The notes under the pieces were generated by a model that was not told where the DNA came from, searched no databases, and saw only the letters and a list, made by a program, of their open reading frames with translations. 47,822 nucleotides of DNA from positions 1-47,822 of the forward strand of contig CAYNHV010000007.1 in the NCBI GenBank assembly GCA_964397315.1. The letters run 5' to 3'. Source of the DNA: an uncultured Methanosarcinales archaeon. Lineage in GTDB: Archaea > Nanobdellota > Nanobdellia > Woesearchaeales > UBA12501. Positions 9,953-20,995 of this stretch are shown here, piece after piece; the first letter of the stretch is position 1; every line of letters starts with the position of its first letter. The translations under genes and the position numbers were made by a program.

Positions 9953-12900
9953 CCTGACATCGCACCTGTTATTATGACTGTGGAGGTCTTTGAGCCCATG
10001 GGCTCGTCAGCCGGAACCTTGACCCTGATATCCACCTCAGCATCATCCTTTGAATCTGAATAGTTCAGGCTTGAGATCACTGTCTCATTCGCCACATCCA
10101 CATCAGGCATATCTGTCCATGTTGTTATGGAGGTTGCCCAGTCAAACGCCCCTGATTCTGTGGTCCTGTTGTTTGCCTTGAACTGGAAGAATGAGGTGCC
10201 CAAGCCGACAGCGCTCCATAAGCTCTCATTAGCCCCTATCTCCACAACATCAGCCTCTGTGTTGCCGTCATTCCGGACTTTTAGAGGGTTAGCAGGGGCT
10301 CCTTCATAGCTGGTATTGTAATCCTCATTAATGCTCACGCTTCCGAAGCTTGAGTTGTCATTGGGCAGGCTGATTATGAGGGAGGATGCAACAGTAAAAT
10401 TCCACTTGTCAGATGCAGTTCCATTTACGGTTCCGTCGCTTGGGGTTATGGTCCAGTTATACAGGCTGTCCAGGCAGAGGTCAGAGCTTGGGGTGAAGTT
10501 AGTGTCTGTTATGCCTCCCTCAATGATATCCGGGCAGGTTGCATGGGTTATGTTGATTGTGTACGTGATACTGTCTCCGTCAGGATCTGATGATTCTGTC
10601 CAGTTGAACAAGGGAGTCCTGTCAAACACTGTGGTGTTGCCGTTGGCAGGGTGGATGAGAGTGACCTGCTGAGGCTGTGAGTTCTCTATTATGAGGCTGT
10701 TGGACCATGCCTCTGTTCCGTTCAGGCCATATTCGTCTATTGGTGTGGCCTTTACTGTCCAGTTCTCCCCTGCGTTTGTTGCGCTGGAGTGGGTTGTGTT
10801 TGTTTTGTTTGCGTAGAGGAGATTGATTTCTGCTTCTGAGAGGGTTCTGTTGTAAATGCGCACCTGGTCTATGCTGCCGTCGAAATTATAATCCCCACTG
10901 GGAGCAATTCTCCCTATCCAAAACTTATTTGCTTCATATGTACCCACACTGCCAGAAGAAGATACATCATACTCTACTCCATTTACATAAACTTTTGGAG
11001 TATCTCCATCGTAAACCCCTACTATATGATACCACTCACCTGATGTATCAATTGGACCTGCGCTGGTTACCCAGTAATTACTTCCATCACCTGCATCATT
11101 CGGAAAGAAAATACGAACATCATTATCCATTTGATATACATCAACTCTTGTTCCATCTGATAGAGTAAATCCAACAACACCATGAATACCGGATAATACA
11201 TCTGGATTTATCCACGCAGAAGCCGTATAGTTTACTGTACTTTTAGCAAAATCACCCATAACATAATCATCACTACCATCCAATTCATATGCTCCTGCTC
11301 CGTCATATCCTCCTGTTCTGTTCCATTCTGCTCCTTGTATTGTTCCGTGGTTTTGGTTGCCTGAGAGGTCGTAGGTTTTGTTGTTTTTGTCTGGTGCTGT
11401 GAATGGCATGTTGAGGGTTGTGTCTGAAACACCGTCTATATACCAGTTGTAGTTGATTGTTACTGCGTCATTGTCGGGGTCTGTTGTTCCGCTTGGGTGT
11501 GCTGTGAGGTTGTCTGTGGTTAGGTTGCTTGCGCTTGTTGCGTTGAGGAGTGTTGAGCTTATGGCGGGCTTTTGGTTTACGCTGAAGTTTCCCTCTGTTT
11601 CTGTTGTTCTGTTTGCTGTGTCGTTTACGTAGACTGTGTAGTTTGTGTGGGAGGGGTATGATTCGTTGATTGGCACTTCTGCTGTCCAGAGGCCTCCTGT
11701 TAGGCTCATGAGCCCTTCCCACAGTGTGTTTCCTGCTGATTTGGTTGTTTCCCATAATTTTATCCAGACGCTGCTTATTGTTCCTCCTATGTTGGTTATG
11801 TTGAATCTTATGCTTAGGTTTTGGTTGGGGTTTACAGGCTCTGTCTCGTTGACTTTCTGGGAGGGTATGTTTGCTGGTGTTTGGTTGTAGAGGCTTGAGA
11901 GCATCTGTGTTATGTTGAGGCTGTTGGACCATGCCTCTGTTCCNNNNNNNNNNNNNNNNNNNNNNNNNNNNNNNNNNNNNNNNNNNNNNNNNNNNNNNNN
12001 NNNNNNNNNNNNNNNNNNNNNNNNNNNNNNNNNNNNNNNNNNNAGAGGCTTGAGAGCATCTGTGTTATGTTGAGGCTGTTGGACCATGCCTCTGTTCCAT
12101 TCAGGCCATATTCGTCTATTGGTGTGGCCTTTACTGTCCAGTTCTCTCCTGCGTTTGTTGCGCTGGAGTGGGTTGTGTTTGTTTTGTTGGCGTATAGGAG
12201 TTTTATCTCGTTTGCAGAAAGGCTCCTGTTGTAGATGCGGACATGGTCTATACTGCCGTTGAAAAGCCTTCCAGTATCAATATCATCAACCCTTCCAACA
12301 AAAAAATCATTAGAAGTAGAAGGAGTTGCGTCACTATCTTGAGTAGTACCAGCTGACAATTCATTTCCATCCAAGTATGCTTTAGCATTACTTATGTTCC
12401 CATCATACCAGAAACAAATATGATGCCATTGTCCATCTGTAGTGGTAGGAGTGGAAGAAAAATACCTATATCTTTGACCATTTAAATACAAAAGAGGTCT
12501 TCCTGAAGACCAAGAATTACTTATCATTGGTCTTACACCACTACTATGCCACCCAAACAAAACTTTTTGGTCTGAACTATCATCACTTTTTATCCAACCA
12601 CAAGCAGTAAAATTCAAATGATTATTCATAATATCCTTCAAAACATCATAATTGGCTTCAATATAATCATTAGTCCCATCAAAATCATAAGCTCCAAATC
12701 CATCATATCCTCCTGTTCTGTTCCATGTTGCGCCTTCAACAGTTCCGTGGTTGTCATTGCCTGAGAGGTCGTAGGTTTTGTTGTTTTTGTCTGGTGCTGT
12801 GAATGGCATGTTGAGGGTTGTGTCTGAAACACCGTCTATATACCAGTTGTAGTTGATTGTTACTGCGTCATTGTCGGGGTCTGTTGTTCCGCTTGGGTGT

Positions 12901-15900
12901 GCTGTGAGGTTGTCTGTGGTTAGGTTGCTTGCGCTGGTGGCATTCAGAAGCACCGAGGTTATGGATGGCTCTGAATTCACAAAGAAACTGCCGTCCTCAG
13001 CGTATGTGGCGTTTATCCTTGAGCCCTGCACCCATGGTATGACCAGAAGGCTGTGGTTGCCTGCAATATTGAGCAGGTTCAGATCTACAGTCAGGTTCTC
13101 TGATGTGGTGTTGTCAATGTTTGTCCTGCTTCCATCAGAAGTCCTGTTGAGTATAACCTCATAACTGACAGTGTTAATTGATGACTGCTCTGTCCAGTTG
13201 GCGAGGAAGGAATCCCAGGGGTTGAACACCTCACCGGATGCGGGATAGGATGCGTTGGAGGGACCGCAGTCACCGCCCCCCATGTATGCGGAGGCTATGC
13301 TCTCTTCGTAGAAGTTCCCATCCCCTTTGATGCAGAAGTCTGCTGAAGAGCCGTTCTCAATGCCTCCGATGTAAAAGTTGTTCAGCCAGACGCTTGCTGT
13401 GTTGCCTTGCAGGTTGAGGCTGTACAATACTGGGAAGTCATACTGGTTGAATGTGTTGCCTGTGATGTTGTTATCACTTCCGGATGAGTCTATGGCGTAA
13501 TGCTCGTGCCGGCTTGTGTTTTTGAAAGAGAGGGTTGGCGGGTCCGTGTTTCCTGAAACCACGGACACCTCAGCAGGCATGTGTAATGTATAATCGCTGC
13601 TGAACCCATTGGCCTCCCAGAAGAGGCTGTTATTATAGTGGGAGTCCCCCTCTCCGAAGTAAAGCTCGGGTGTCTGGTTTGGTTTAAAATACAGGGCAGG
13701 GTCTGAATAGCCCGAGACCACAGAGACCTGGTCTGACTGGTTGAGAGTGTAATTATTGCCGTAGCCGTTCTCTATCCAGTAGATGCTTTCGTTGTACTCT
13801 GAGTTGCCGCCGTTTGCTGCGTAGAGGTCTTGGCATTTGTTAGGGCCTGGTTCATAATAAATAGTGTACTTGTTTCCCCCCACGTCTCCAAGGCAGAGTG
13901 TGAAGTTGGTATTGCCATCAGCAACTTCTGACACATTCTCCCCGTCTGCTGTTACCTCTACGCTTGTGCCCATGTCATTAGTGAAGTAGTAAACCTGAAA
14001 ATCATAATCAGTTCCTCCATGACTCATCGGCGAGAGGGTGGAATAGAAATCCCCTACTGTGGAAACATTAGAAGAGCTCTGGAGGGTGTAATCATAGCCA
14101 TAGCCGTTCTTTATCCAGTATGTCTCATTATAATGGGAGTTGCCGCCGTTTGCTGCGTAAAGGTCCTGGCATTTGTTAGGGCCTGGTTCATAATAAATAG
14201 TGTAATTGTTTCCCCCTACTTCCCCAAGGCAGAGTGTGAAGTTGGTGCTGCCATCCACCACTTCTGACACGTTCTCCCCGTCTGCTGTTACCTCCACGCT
14301 TGTGCCCATGTCATTCGTAAAATAAAGAATTTCATAATCATACATTGTTCCGTTCCACCTGACTGGGGAGAATGTGGAAAAGAACTCCTTATCGCCGTAT
14401 ATCTCATCAAACACATTCTCGCAGTCATAGCTTGTCGGCTTCTCCACCAGCAAAGTCACATTCACCCCTCCTCCAAAGGTTGAATCGCCGAGGCAGAGCA
14501 TGAAATCATTGCTGCCATTAACTATTTCGCTGACATTGGTGTCGTCAGAGCTGACCCCCACACTCTCTGTGGTGTCATTGTTGTAATAAAGAACATTGGT
14601 GTAATCATACTCCACTCCATTGTAAGCCAGAGGAGAATAAGATGAAACATACCTCTCCTCGTTTATCTCTTCCCCGCACGTGAGGAAAGTGTTGTTTTCT
14701 ATGGTGTTGTTGCTCCCGCTTATTATCATGCAGCTTCTTTCAAGGCTGCTGCTGTTGAGGGTGTTGTTGTAGGCGTGGGCGTTGCTCCCGCTCATTGTTG
14801 TTTGGTTGTTGATGATTGTGTTGTGCACCACACTCCTGCTGTATGTTGTTAGGTAGTCTGTTGTGCTATTAGAGAGGTTTGAGTTAGAGTAGATGTGAAT
14901 GTTCGGGCTGTTAATATCCCATGATGTCGTGTTCTCCCCACTATCAAAATCACCATTCTTGCTTGTGAGGGTGATGTTCCAGAACGTCCCATTCTGGACA
15001 GTAGCGTCGTCGAGGCGGAAGCCAGCATCTTCTGAGAATGTGATGTTCCACACCCTCACATTCTGAAGATTATTATCGGACAGGCATGAGAAGGCATCAG
15101 CGTTAGGACTATCCCGCAGGTCAAGGTCAATCACGTGAGGCGTGCCAGTAGCAGCAGAGTCCCTGCCGAAGCTTACCTTGCCGGACACGTTCCAAACCTC
15201 CATGCCCTGCAATGTCTCATTACCATAAGGCCGGAACGTCACGCTCGTGCTGCCTCCGAGATTGTAAGCTGTTACGTCCCTCATTGTGGTGTTAGTGTCA
15301 GCGTCCTCGCTCCCAAGGTCAAGAGCTACTAAATTGGTGCTGACATCATGCACGCTCACGTTAGAAATGTTGCCTCCTATGCGAACAGCGTGCTCGTCCT
15401 CAAAAATGTCGTGAATGCTCACGTTACTACTGCCGAAGAAATGGTTGATACTGTCTCCACTATACCAATAGAATGCTCCTCCGTTGAGCACTCCAGCACC
15501 ACGCCCCATGTCAGTAGCGTTCAAACTCCGGACAGTAATGTTCTTGTAACCCTCTGGTATTTGAACTCCAACACCATCAACATACGTTGTCAGCCTGGTA
15601 TTCCACTCCCTGCTACCCATGTCCAGCGTCGTATCATTTGCCTTCACCTGAATCATGGTGCAATCATCAATGGCGCAGTGGAAGGAGGAGTTCTCCCCTC
15701 CAACGTACTGCTCCTCAATCTCCGCTTTGGAAAGGGTTCTGTTGTAAACTCGCACCTGGTCTATGCTGCCGTTGAAATACCCTGTACTATCCCTTCCCAC
15801 CCATACGGGAGCACCATTATCAACCATTCCTGAATAACTCCCTCCAGAAGCACTATTGGTATCAGCTATTTCCCCGTTCAGGTATATGTCAATACCCTCA

Positions 15901-17843
15901 AGGGTCTCACTTCCGTCATACACTGCCACAAGATGGTTCCACTCTCCTGTGCTTATAACCCCTGCATCAGTAAATCTTTGAATGTAATAAGGTGCGCCCC
16001 CTGTCTCCTGCAATATTACCAAACGCAACTTATCTGATGAATCCAGATAGTTGATTGTCCATTCTCTTGAACCAATCTCATCATACTTGCCCACCAGCCC
16101 CATATCAGAAGATAAAGAGGATGCGCTAAACCACAAAGAAACACTAAAAGGCGTGTCGTCAGCGCCGTCATTAAAGTGAAATCTTCCCGCATTACTCACA
16201 TTAACATAATCACTGCCGTCAAAATCATAAGCCCCACCATAAAAGGACGTGCTATTCCAAAATGCGCCATGCACTGTTCCGTTATTCTCCTGCCCGGAAG
16301 AATCCCAGGTCACGTTCTCACCAGTATGATTCACGTCAAAATCATAAGCCAGCAACAAGCCATCCTTATCAAAATAAGGCTGAGATGAATTAATAGCCCA
16401 CCTGTTAATCCCATAAGAGCCAGGCTCATTAATAACACACCTGAGATTAGAATCATTATTAACCTTCAAACAAGCTGTGATGTTAGTGTAAGAAGAAGAA
16501 TTAACAAAATAATCAGAGAAATGTTCAACCCTGAATATATAAGAGCCCTCTTTAATCTCAACATCATTATACATCCTTTTGTTCTTCCTGTAGGGCTCGG
16601 CCCTGCTGAATTCTGCTTTGCCCTCTTCTTTTATGTAAAGCTTTGGTGCTGTGCTTATTCCATCTGGCCTCTCTCTGGGCAGGGTTATCTCTGCCTCCTC
16701 AATATCCACAGGATCCACCTGCAGCACGCCATCCCTGAACCTTATATTGCTTATACTGCTCTTGTTCGCGCCCCTTATCTCCAGCCTCACCCCCTTCTTG
16801 TCAAGGATGGAGATAGGCACTGTCCTGCCTCCTGCCTTCCTTTGTTCTGTCCTTATGTCAGAGCTGGTGAAATCAACATCAAAGGGGCTTTCAGGCTGTT
16901 CTGCTGTATAATCTGCAGATATATTATGCAGAGCCTCTTCTGCCTTCCCCACAGACGCATTAATGGATTCATTGGCGCTCTCTCCTGTAATGTTTGAGCT
17001 TGTTGCATTAGCCCCCTCCTGCGTTATTCCGGTTGTCATATTTGACTGGTTCAATGCTGTCTGGTTTAATGCGGTCTGGTTCAGGCTTTCATTGAGGGAT
17101 GTCGCATTTAGGGAGGTTGCATTAGAGGCTTCTTCAGAGGATATGTTTGCTGTCAGATTGCCTGTCTCAGATCCATCCCCTTCTGTCAGGTTCACGCTCC
17201 TGTTTATGCTTTCATTTTCAATAGGGGTGGCATCAGCTTTAGGGGCTATAACCTCAAATAAGGAATTCAAAGTAACTGATGAATTGGCCTTGCTTATTGT
17301 CGCTTTGATGGTGTAATTCCCTGCCCTCTCTACAGGAAAGTTCAGGGCGCTGGCATAAAGCTTTCCGCCAGGCCCGTAAACCTCAATCTCATAGTCTGCG
17401 TCATGAGGCATCACAAACACATGGACCATATCGCTCTTGTTGTACACATCTTTCCCTGTGAAAACCTCTGCAGATTCAAGGCTGTCTGAAACAGTGTGGC
17501 CTGTTATTCTTGCCTGGTTGCCTGCCAGGAATCCCAGAAGCAGGAATATGAGAAAGCAGGAGAGGGCAACAGCAGTGTGATGCCTGGCTGAGCTTAGGCT
17601 TTCAATCCGCCTCATCTTCTTTTTAAGTTCCTCCTCTTTTCTGTCATAATATGCCAGCCATTCAACAGGGTCCCATCCCCTGAGGTTGTTTTGTATTCTG
17701 GAGCTGTACTCATCATATCCCATCCTTCCTTCTTCAACTTCCTTAAGGAGAGAGAGGGAATACTCTTCTACCTGTTTCCTGTAGCTCCTGCATCTGCTTA
17801 TATCCTGCCTGAGCTCTTTGATGCTTTTGTTTGCGCTGCTCAT
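9949..17843 (-). CDS. Giant adhesin (~2580 aa if the gap is closed): TM, Ig, HFS module, three LamG domains, beta-helix repeats, C-terminal pilin-like domain
   Basis: ORF-track pieces 9949..12087 and 11910..17888 are split by an N gap with 55-bp duplicated flanks; merging stays in frame. ATG 17843 overlaps the stop of the upstream HTH gene (ATGA). Confidence 0.8.
11944..12043. other. Scaffold gap (100 N) inside a repeat of the adhesin gene
   Basis: 11889..11943 is identical to 12044..12098. Confidence 0.95.
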
Positions 17844-18358
17844 TTTCCTCTTTTTGACTTTTTTCCGGCCCTTTGGTAGGCTGTCCATACAGTACGGTCA
17901 TTCCTCTTGAGAGCCAGAGCTATCTCATGATAGCTCCATCCCAGATTATCCTTCAGATACGTGACGATGCTTTCCTGCATTCCTAATTCCCTGCTCCGCA
18001 ATATGCTGAGTGGTATTTGTGTGTGTTCTGATGGGGAGAATGCAGCCGGCTTTTTGGATGATGCCTTGTTGTATGCTGTCCACACTGTCTTGATGTTCCT
18101 TCCTGTAATCTTTGCTATCTCCCTGAACCTGAGCAGAAGGTTCTCCCTAAGGTACTTAACAAGCGCCTCAAATGCCCCAAGGTTTTTGTTCCTGAAAATG
18201 CAAACCGGAACTGATTGTGGAGGCTCAAAAACCAGCGATAAGAATTCATCCCTGAATATGTTCCTTGCTGTGTCATATGAGAGATTTCTGTCTGCGAATG
18301 TTCTAAGGCTCCTGACAGCCTTTTCATCCTTAAACGGCTTTTGCAGAGATGTTTGCAG
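17840..18358 (-). CDS. Tandem-HTH DNA-binding protein (~172 aa), probable CTG start
   Basis: The frame of ORF 17840..18085 stays open to ~18385 and contains a second copy of the repeat (...YLRENLLLRFREIAKITGRNIKTVWTAYNKA / ...YLKDNLGWSYHEIALALKRNDRTVWTAYQRA). GAGGGG lies 6 nt before CTG 18358. Confidence 0.75.
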   Translation of the reverse strand: MQTSLQKPFKDEKAVRSLRTFADRNLSYDTARNIFRDEFLSLVFEPPQSVPVCIFRNKNLGAFEALVKYLRENLLLRFREIAKITGRNIKTVWTAYNKASSKKPAAFSPSEHTQIPLSILRSRELGMQESIVTYLKDNLGWSYHEIALALKRNDRTVWTAYQRAGKKSKRGK

Positions 18359-18382
18359 ATAGCTCCCCTCTTTTATTGATTT

Positions 18383-18564
18383 TTCTTATTAAATAGGTAT
18401 TATTTATAAATATTTTGGTATCCAAATCTAATACTCCCTATTTAGTAAGTATATGGTCTGTATCTCCCTGCCATTTTGTCTCTCTGCTATCTATTTTCTT
18501 ATTAAGTAAGTATAACTATATTTACATTAGGGTTTACATCTAATTTTTACTTACTGAGTAAGTA
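18383..18564. promoter_or_regulatory. Four 17-bp palindromic operator-like sites
   Basis: TTCTTATT-A-AATAGGTA (18383), TCCCTATT-T-AGTAAGTA (18435), TTCTTATT-A-AGTAAGTA (18496), perfect TACTTACT-G-AGTAAGTA (18548). Confidence 0.75.
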
Positions 18565-18699
18565 TCAGACTTTTCTGCGCTTAAAAACGCTCTTAACACT
18601 GTCAAAAACAATAAAAATAAAAATAAAATGTATTTCTGGTGCTAAAAGCAGTAAGCCATAGGGAAGCGCGAATTGACACACAATAAAAAGAGGTTTTTT

Positions 18700-19461
18700 A
18701 TGGGCAACAATAAAAGAAACATTGAGTACATAAAGACAGGCATTACAGGCTTTGACTCCCTTCTCAAGAACGGAATTCCAAGAGGCTCTTCAGTTCTTGT
18801 TGCAGGCGGCCCGGGCTCAGGAAAGACAATCTTCTGCCTGCAGATATGCAACTATTACGCGAGCAAGGGGGAGAAATGCCTTTACATGAGCTTTGAGGAG
18901 CCGGAGAAAAGGCTGAGGCAGCACATGCACGACTTCGGCTGGGATCCTGAGAAGCACGAGAAAAACGGCAATCTCCTGATAAAGAGATTTGACCCTTTTG
19001 ACATAACAAGAAGCGTTGAGGCCCTGCTCACAAAAGCAAAGAAGGAGCTCATGATAGAGGTTGAGCCTGTGTTCTTTCCCCAGGGCTTCACCCCCAGCAT
19101 TGTGGTGCTTGACTCAATGTCAGCTGTTGCTGCCGCTTTTGTAGGCAGGGAGGACAGCTACAGGATTTACATAGAGCAGCTTTTCAGGTTCTTTGAAAGG
19201 CTCGGCGTGACATCATTTCTCATAACAGAGGTTGACAATCCCGAGAGCATGGGCCTGACAAAAAGCGGTGTTGAGGGATTCCTTGCTGACGGCATAGTCC
19301 TGTTCCAGTATTCAAAAGAGAAAGGCATAAGAAATAAGGCAATTGAGATACTCAAGCTAAGAGGGGGGGGCTTTGACAAGAAGGTTGTGGAGATGGACAT
19401 AAAACCAGGCAAGGGGATAGTGGTTAATCCAAACAAGACAGTTTCAATAAGAAGGATGTGA
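18700..19461 (+). CDS. KaiC/RAD55-family RecA-superfamily ATPase (single domain)
   Basis: 'IKTGITGFDSLL..GIP', Walker A GGPGSGKT, 'YMSFEE', Walker B 'VVLDS', 'ILKLRG'; GAGGT before ATG 18700. Confidence 0.92.
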   Translation: MGNNKRNIEYIKTGITGFDSLLKNGIPRGSSVLVAGGPGSGKTIFCLQICNYYASKGEKCLYMSFEEPEKRLRQHMHDFGWDPEKHEKNGNLLIKRFDPFDITRSVEALLTKAKKELMIEVEPVFFPQGFTPSIVVLDSMSAVAAAFVGREDSYRIYIEQLFRFFERLGVTSFLITEVDNPESMGLTKSGVEGFLADGIVLFQYSKEKGIRNKAIEILKLRGGGFDKKVVEMDIKPGKGIVVNPNKTVSIRRM

Positions 19462-19496
19462 TTTTCTTAGTCCGGATGAGCGTATCCTGAATTAGC

Positions 19497-20042
19497 TCAT
19501 CTCTTGTGGAGAAGCCCGAGGATAAATCTTTTCTCTCTCATGCAGTACCATATGCAGTATGCAGCAGCTCCTCCTGCCAGCCCTGCCAGCAGGTAGGAGA
19601 GCGTGGAGTTGATCAGGGTCTTTATGCCTGCGCTTATGTCAGCCTTTACCATAAGGCCCAGCACCCACGGCAGCACAGCTGCGGAGACCGCAGCTATGAG
19701 TATGACCATCCATGCTTTCATCTCAAGCTTTCCCCCTGCTATAGCTCCCAAAGCGCTGAACAACACACCCAATATTATGAAAAGCAGCACTATGCTGTAA
19801 TTCGTTAGCTGGCCTGCTGCAATCCTCATTCCAGCTGCAAGCGCCCCTCCTATGATAACAACGCCTGCAGGGGTGAAAGGCTTTCTCGTGAGCAGAAGCA
19901 TGAATGACATTAAGAACACTGTAACAATGACCATGACATAAAAGTCCAGGCCTGAAAATGCGTATATGAGAGCCCACAGCAATGCAGCTATAACCATGCC
20001 TGTAAGGCCCGCCTTTCTTGCCCCTCTCCTGCTCATTGTCAT
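19497..20042 (-). CDS. Multi-pass membrane protein, unknown function
   Basis: About six hydrophobic segments; directly downstream of 20051..20995. Confidence 0.7.
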   Translation of the reverse strand: MTMSRRGARKAGLTGMVIAALLWALIYAFSGLDFYVMVIVTVFLMSFMLLLTRKPFTPAGVVIIGGALAAGMRIAAGQLTNYSIVLLFIILGVLFSALGAIAGGKLEMKAWMVILIAAVSAAVLPWVLGLMVKADISAGIKTLINSTLSYLLAGLAGGAAAYCIWYCMREKRFILGLLHKR

Positions 20043-20050
20043 GCTCTACC

Positions 20051-20995
20051 TCAACTTTCCTGTTTATCTCCCTTAAGCTTTCCCATGACTATGGGTATCT
20101 CCTTGTTCACTTCCACGAGCCTTTCCTTGAACCTCTGCACCTTTATCTCAAACTCCTTCTTTGTTATCTGCCCCTTCTGGAACCTGTCCACCTGGGCTTT
20201 TTTTATGAGGTCGTTGAGTATGTCCCTCTCAAGCTTTAGGTTCTTCAGCCTTCTCTTCAGAAGCTCCCTCCTTGTTATCCTGTAGGTGGCAAAGCCAACA
20301 ATAAACGCTGCCGCAGCCACTATTATTATCCAGAGCCAGTTGTTCTTAACAAAGGATGTCAAACTTTCCCTTCCCTGCTTGTACATGAGCTTTAGCTGGG
20401 TTGCCTCAGCAGCTCTCTTGTCCAGCTCGTCAAATCCCTTGTTGGCCAGCTCTTCTGCCTCGTCGTATGCTTCCTGCCTGAACTTTGCCCTTGCCTCTTC
20501 CAGGAGCTGCCTGACTATTGTGACGTTTATTGTTCCCTCCAGCTCGCCGGACCTCATCTCAAGCGCGGTAATAAGGTCATTCACCTCAAAAGCCCTCTCC
20601 TTTATCTCTTCTATCTCTTTTGTCTTCTGAATGACTGTTGCGTAGTCAGTCTCCTGCCCTTTCATGGCCTCTTTTGCCGCGATGATAAGCTCTTTTGCCT
20701 CCTCTCTCTTCTTTGTGTCATTTATGGACTCAGTCTCTTTTAAGAGCTTGGTGTAATTCTCCCCATAATACGCGACCCTTGCTTCCTGGTATGTTGTGTT
20801 TACCCTTTCCACGCTGAAGCCTGCCTCGCTCATCTCTGTTATGTCCTCCTCTGCCCTGCTCAGCGCGCTCTTTGCCTGCTCTTTTGTTACCTCTCCCTGT
20901 GCAGCTGAGGAGACAGCAAGGATTATAAACACAGTGAACACAGCGGTAATTAGCGCTGGAATTCCTCCTTGTTTGGCTGTTCCTTTAATTCTCAT
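20051..20995 (-). CDS. Signal peptide + helical ectodomain + TM + cytoplasmic helical tail; paralog of the adhesin C-terminus
   Basis: 'ITEMSEAGFS', 'KERAFEVND', 'DLIKKAQ' match 'IEEMKEAGFS', 'KELAFSTND', 'DLIKQAQ' in 20992..27768. Confidence 0.75.
   Translation of the reverse strand: MRIKGTAKQGGIPALITAVFTVFIILAVSSAAQGEVTKEQAKSALSRAEEDITEMSEAGFSVERVNTTYQEARVAYYGENYTKLLKETESINDTKKREEAKELIIAAKEAMKGQETDYATVIQKTKEIEEIKERAFEVNDLITALEMRSGELEGTINVTIVRQLLEEARAKFRQEAYDEAEELANKGFDELDKRAAEATQLKLMYKQGRESLTSFVKNNWLWIIIVAAAAFIVGFATYRITRRELLKRRLKNLKLERDILNDLIKKAQVDRFQKGQITKKEFEIKVQRFKERLVEVNKEIPIVMGKLKGDKQES

Noticed and set aside
5353..12935. Diversity-generating retroelement (TR/VR pairs)
   Set aside because: No reverse transcriptase, and differences between repeats are not adenine-specific; they are block replacements within coding paralogs
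18700..19461. Circadian clock KaiC
   Set aside because: Single domain and no kaiA/kaiB; fits the general archaeal RAD55/KaiC-like family
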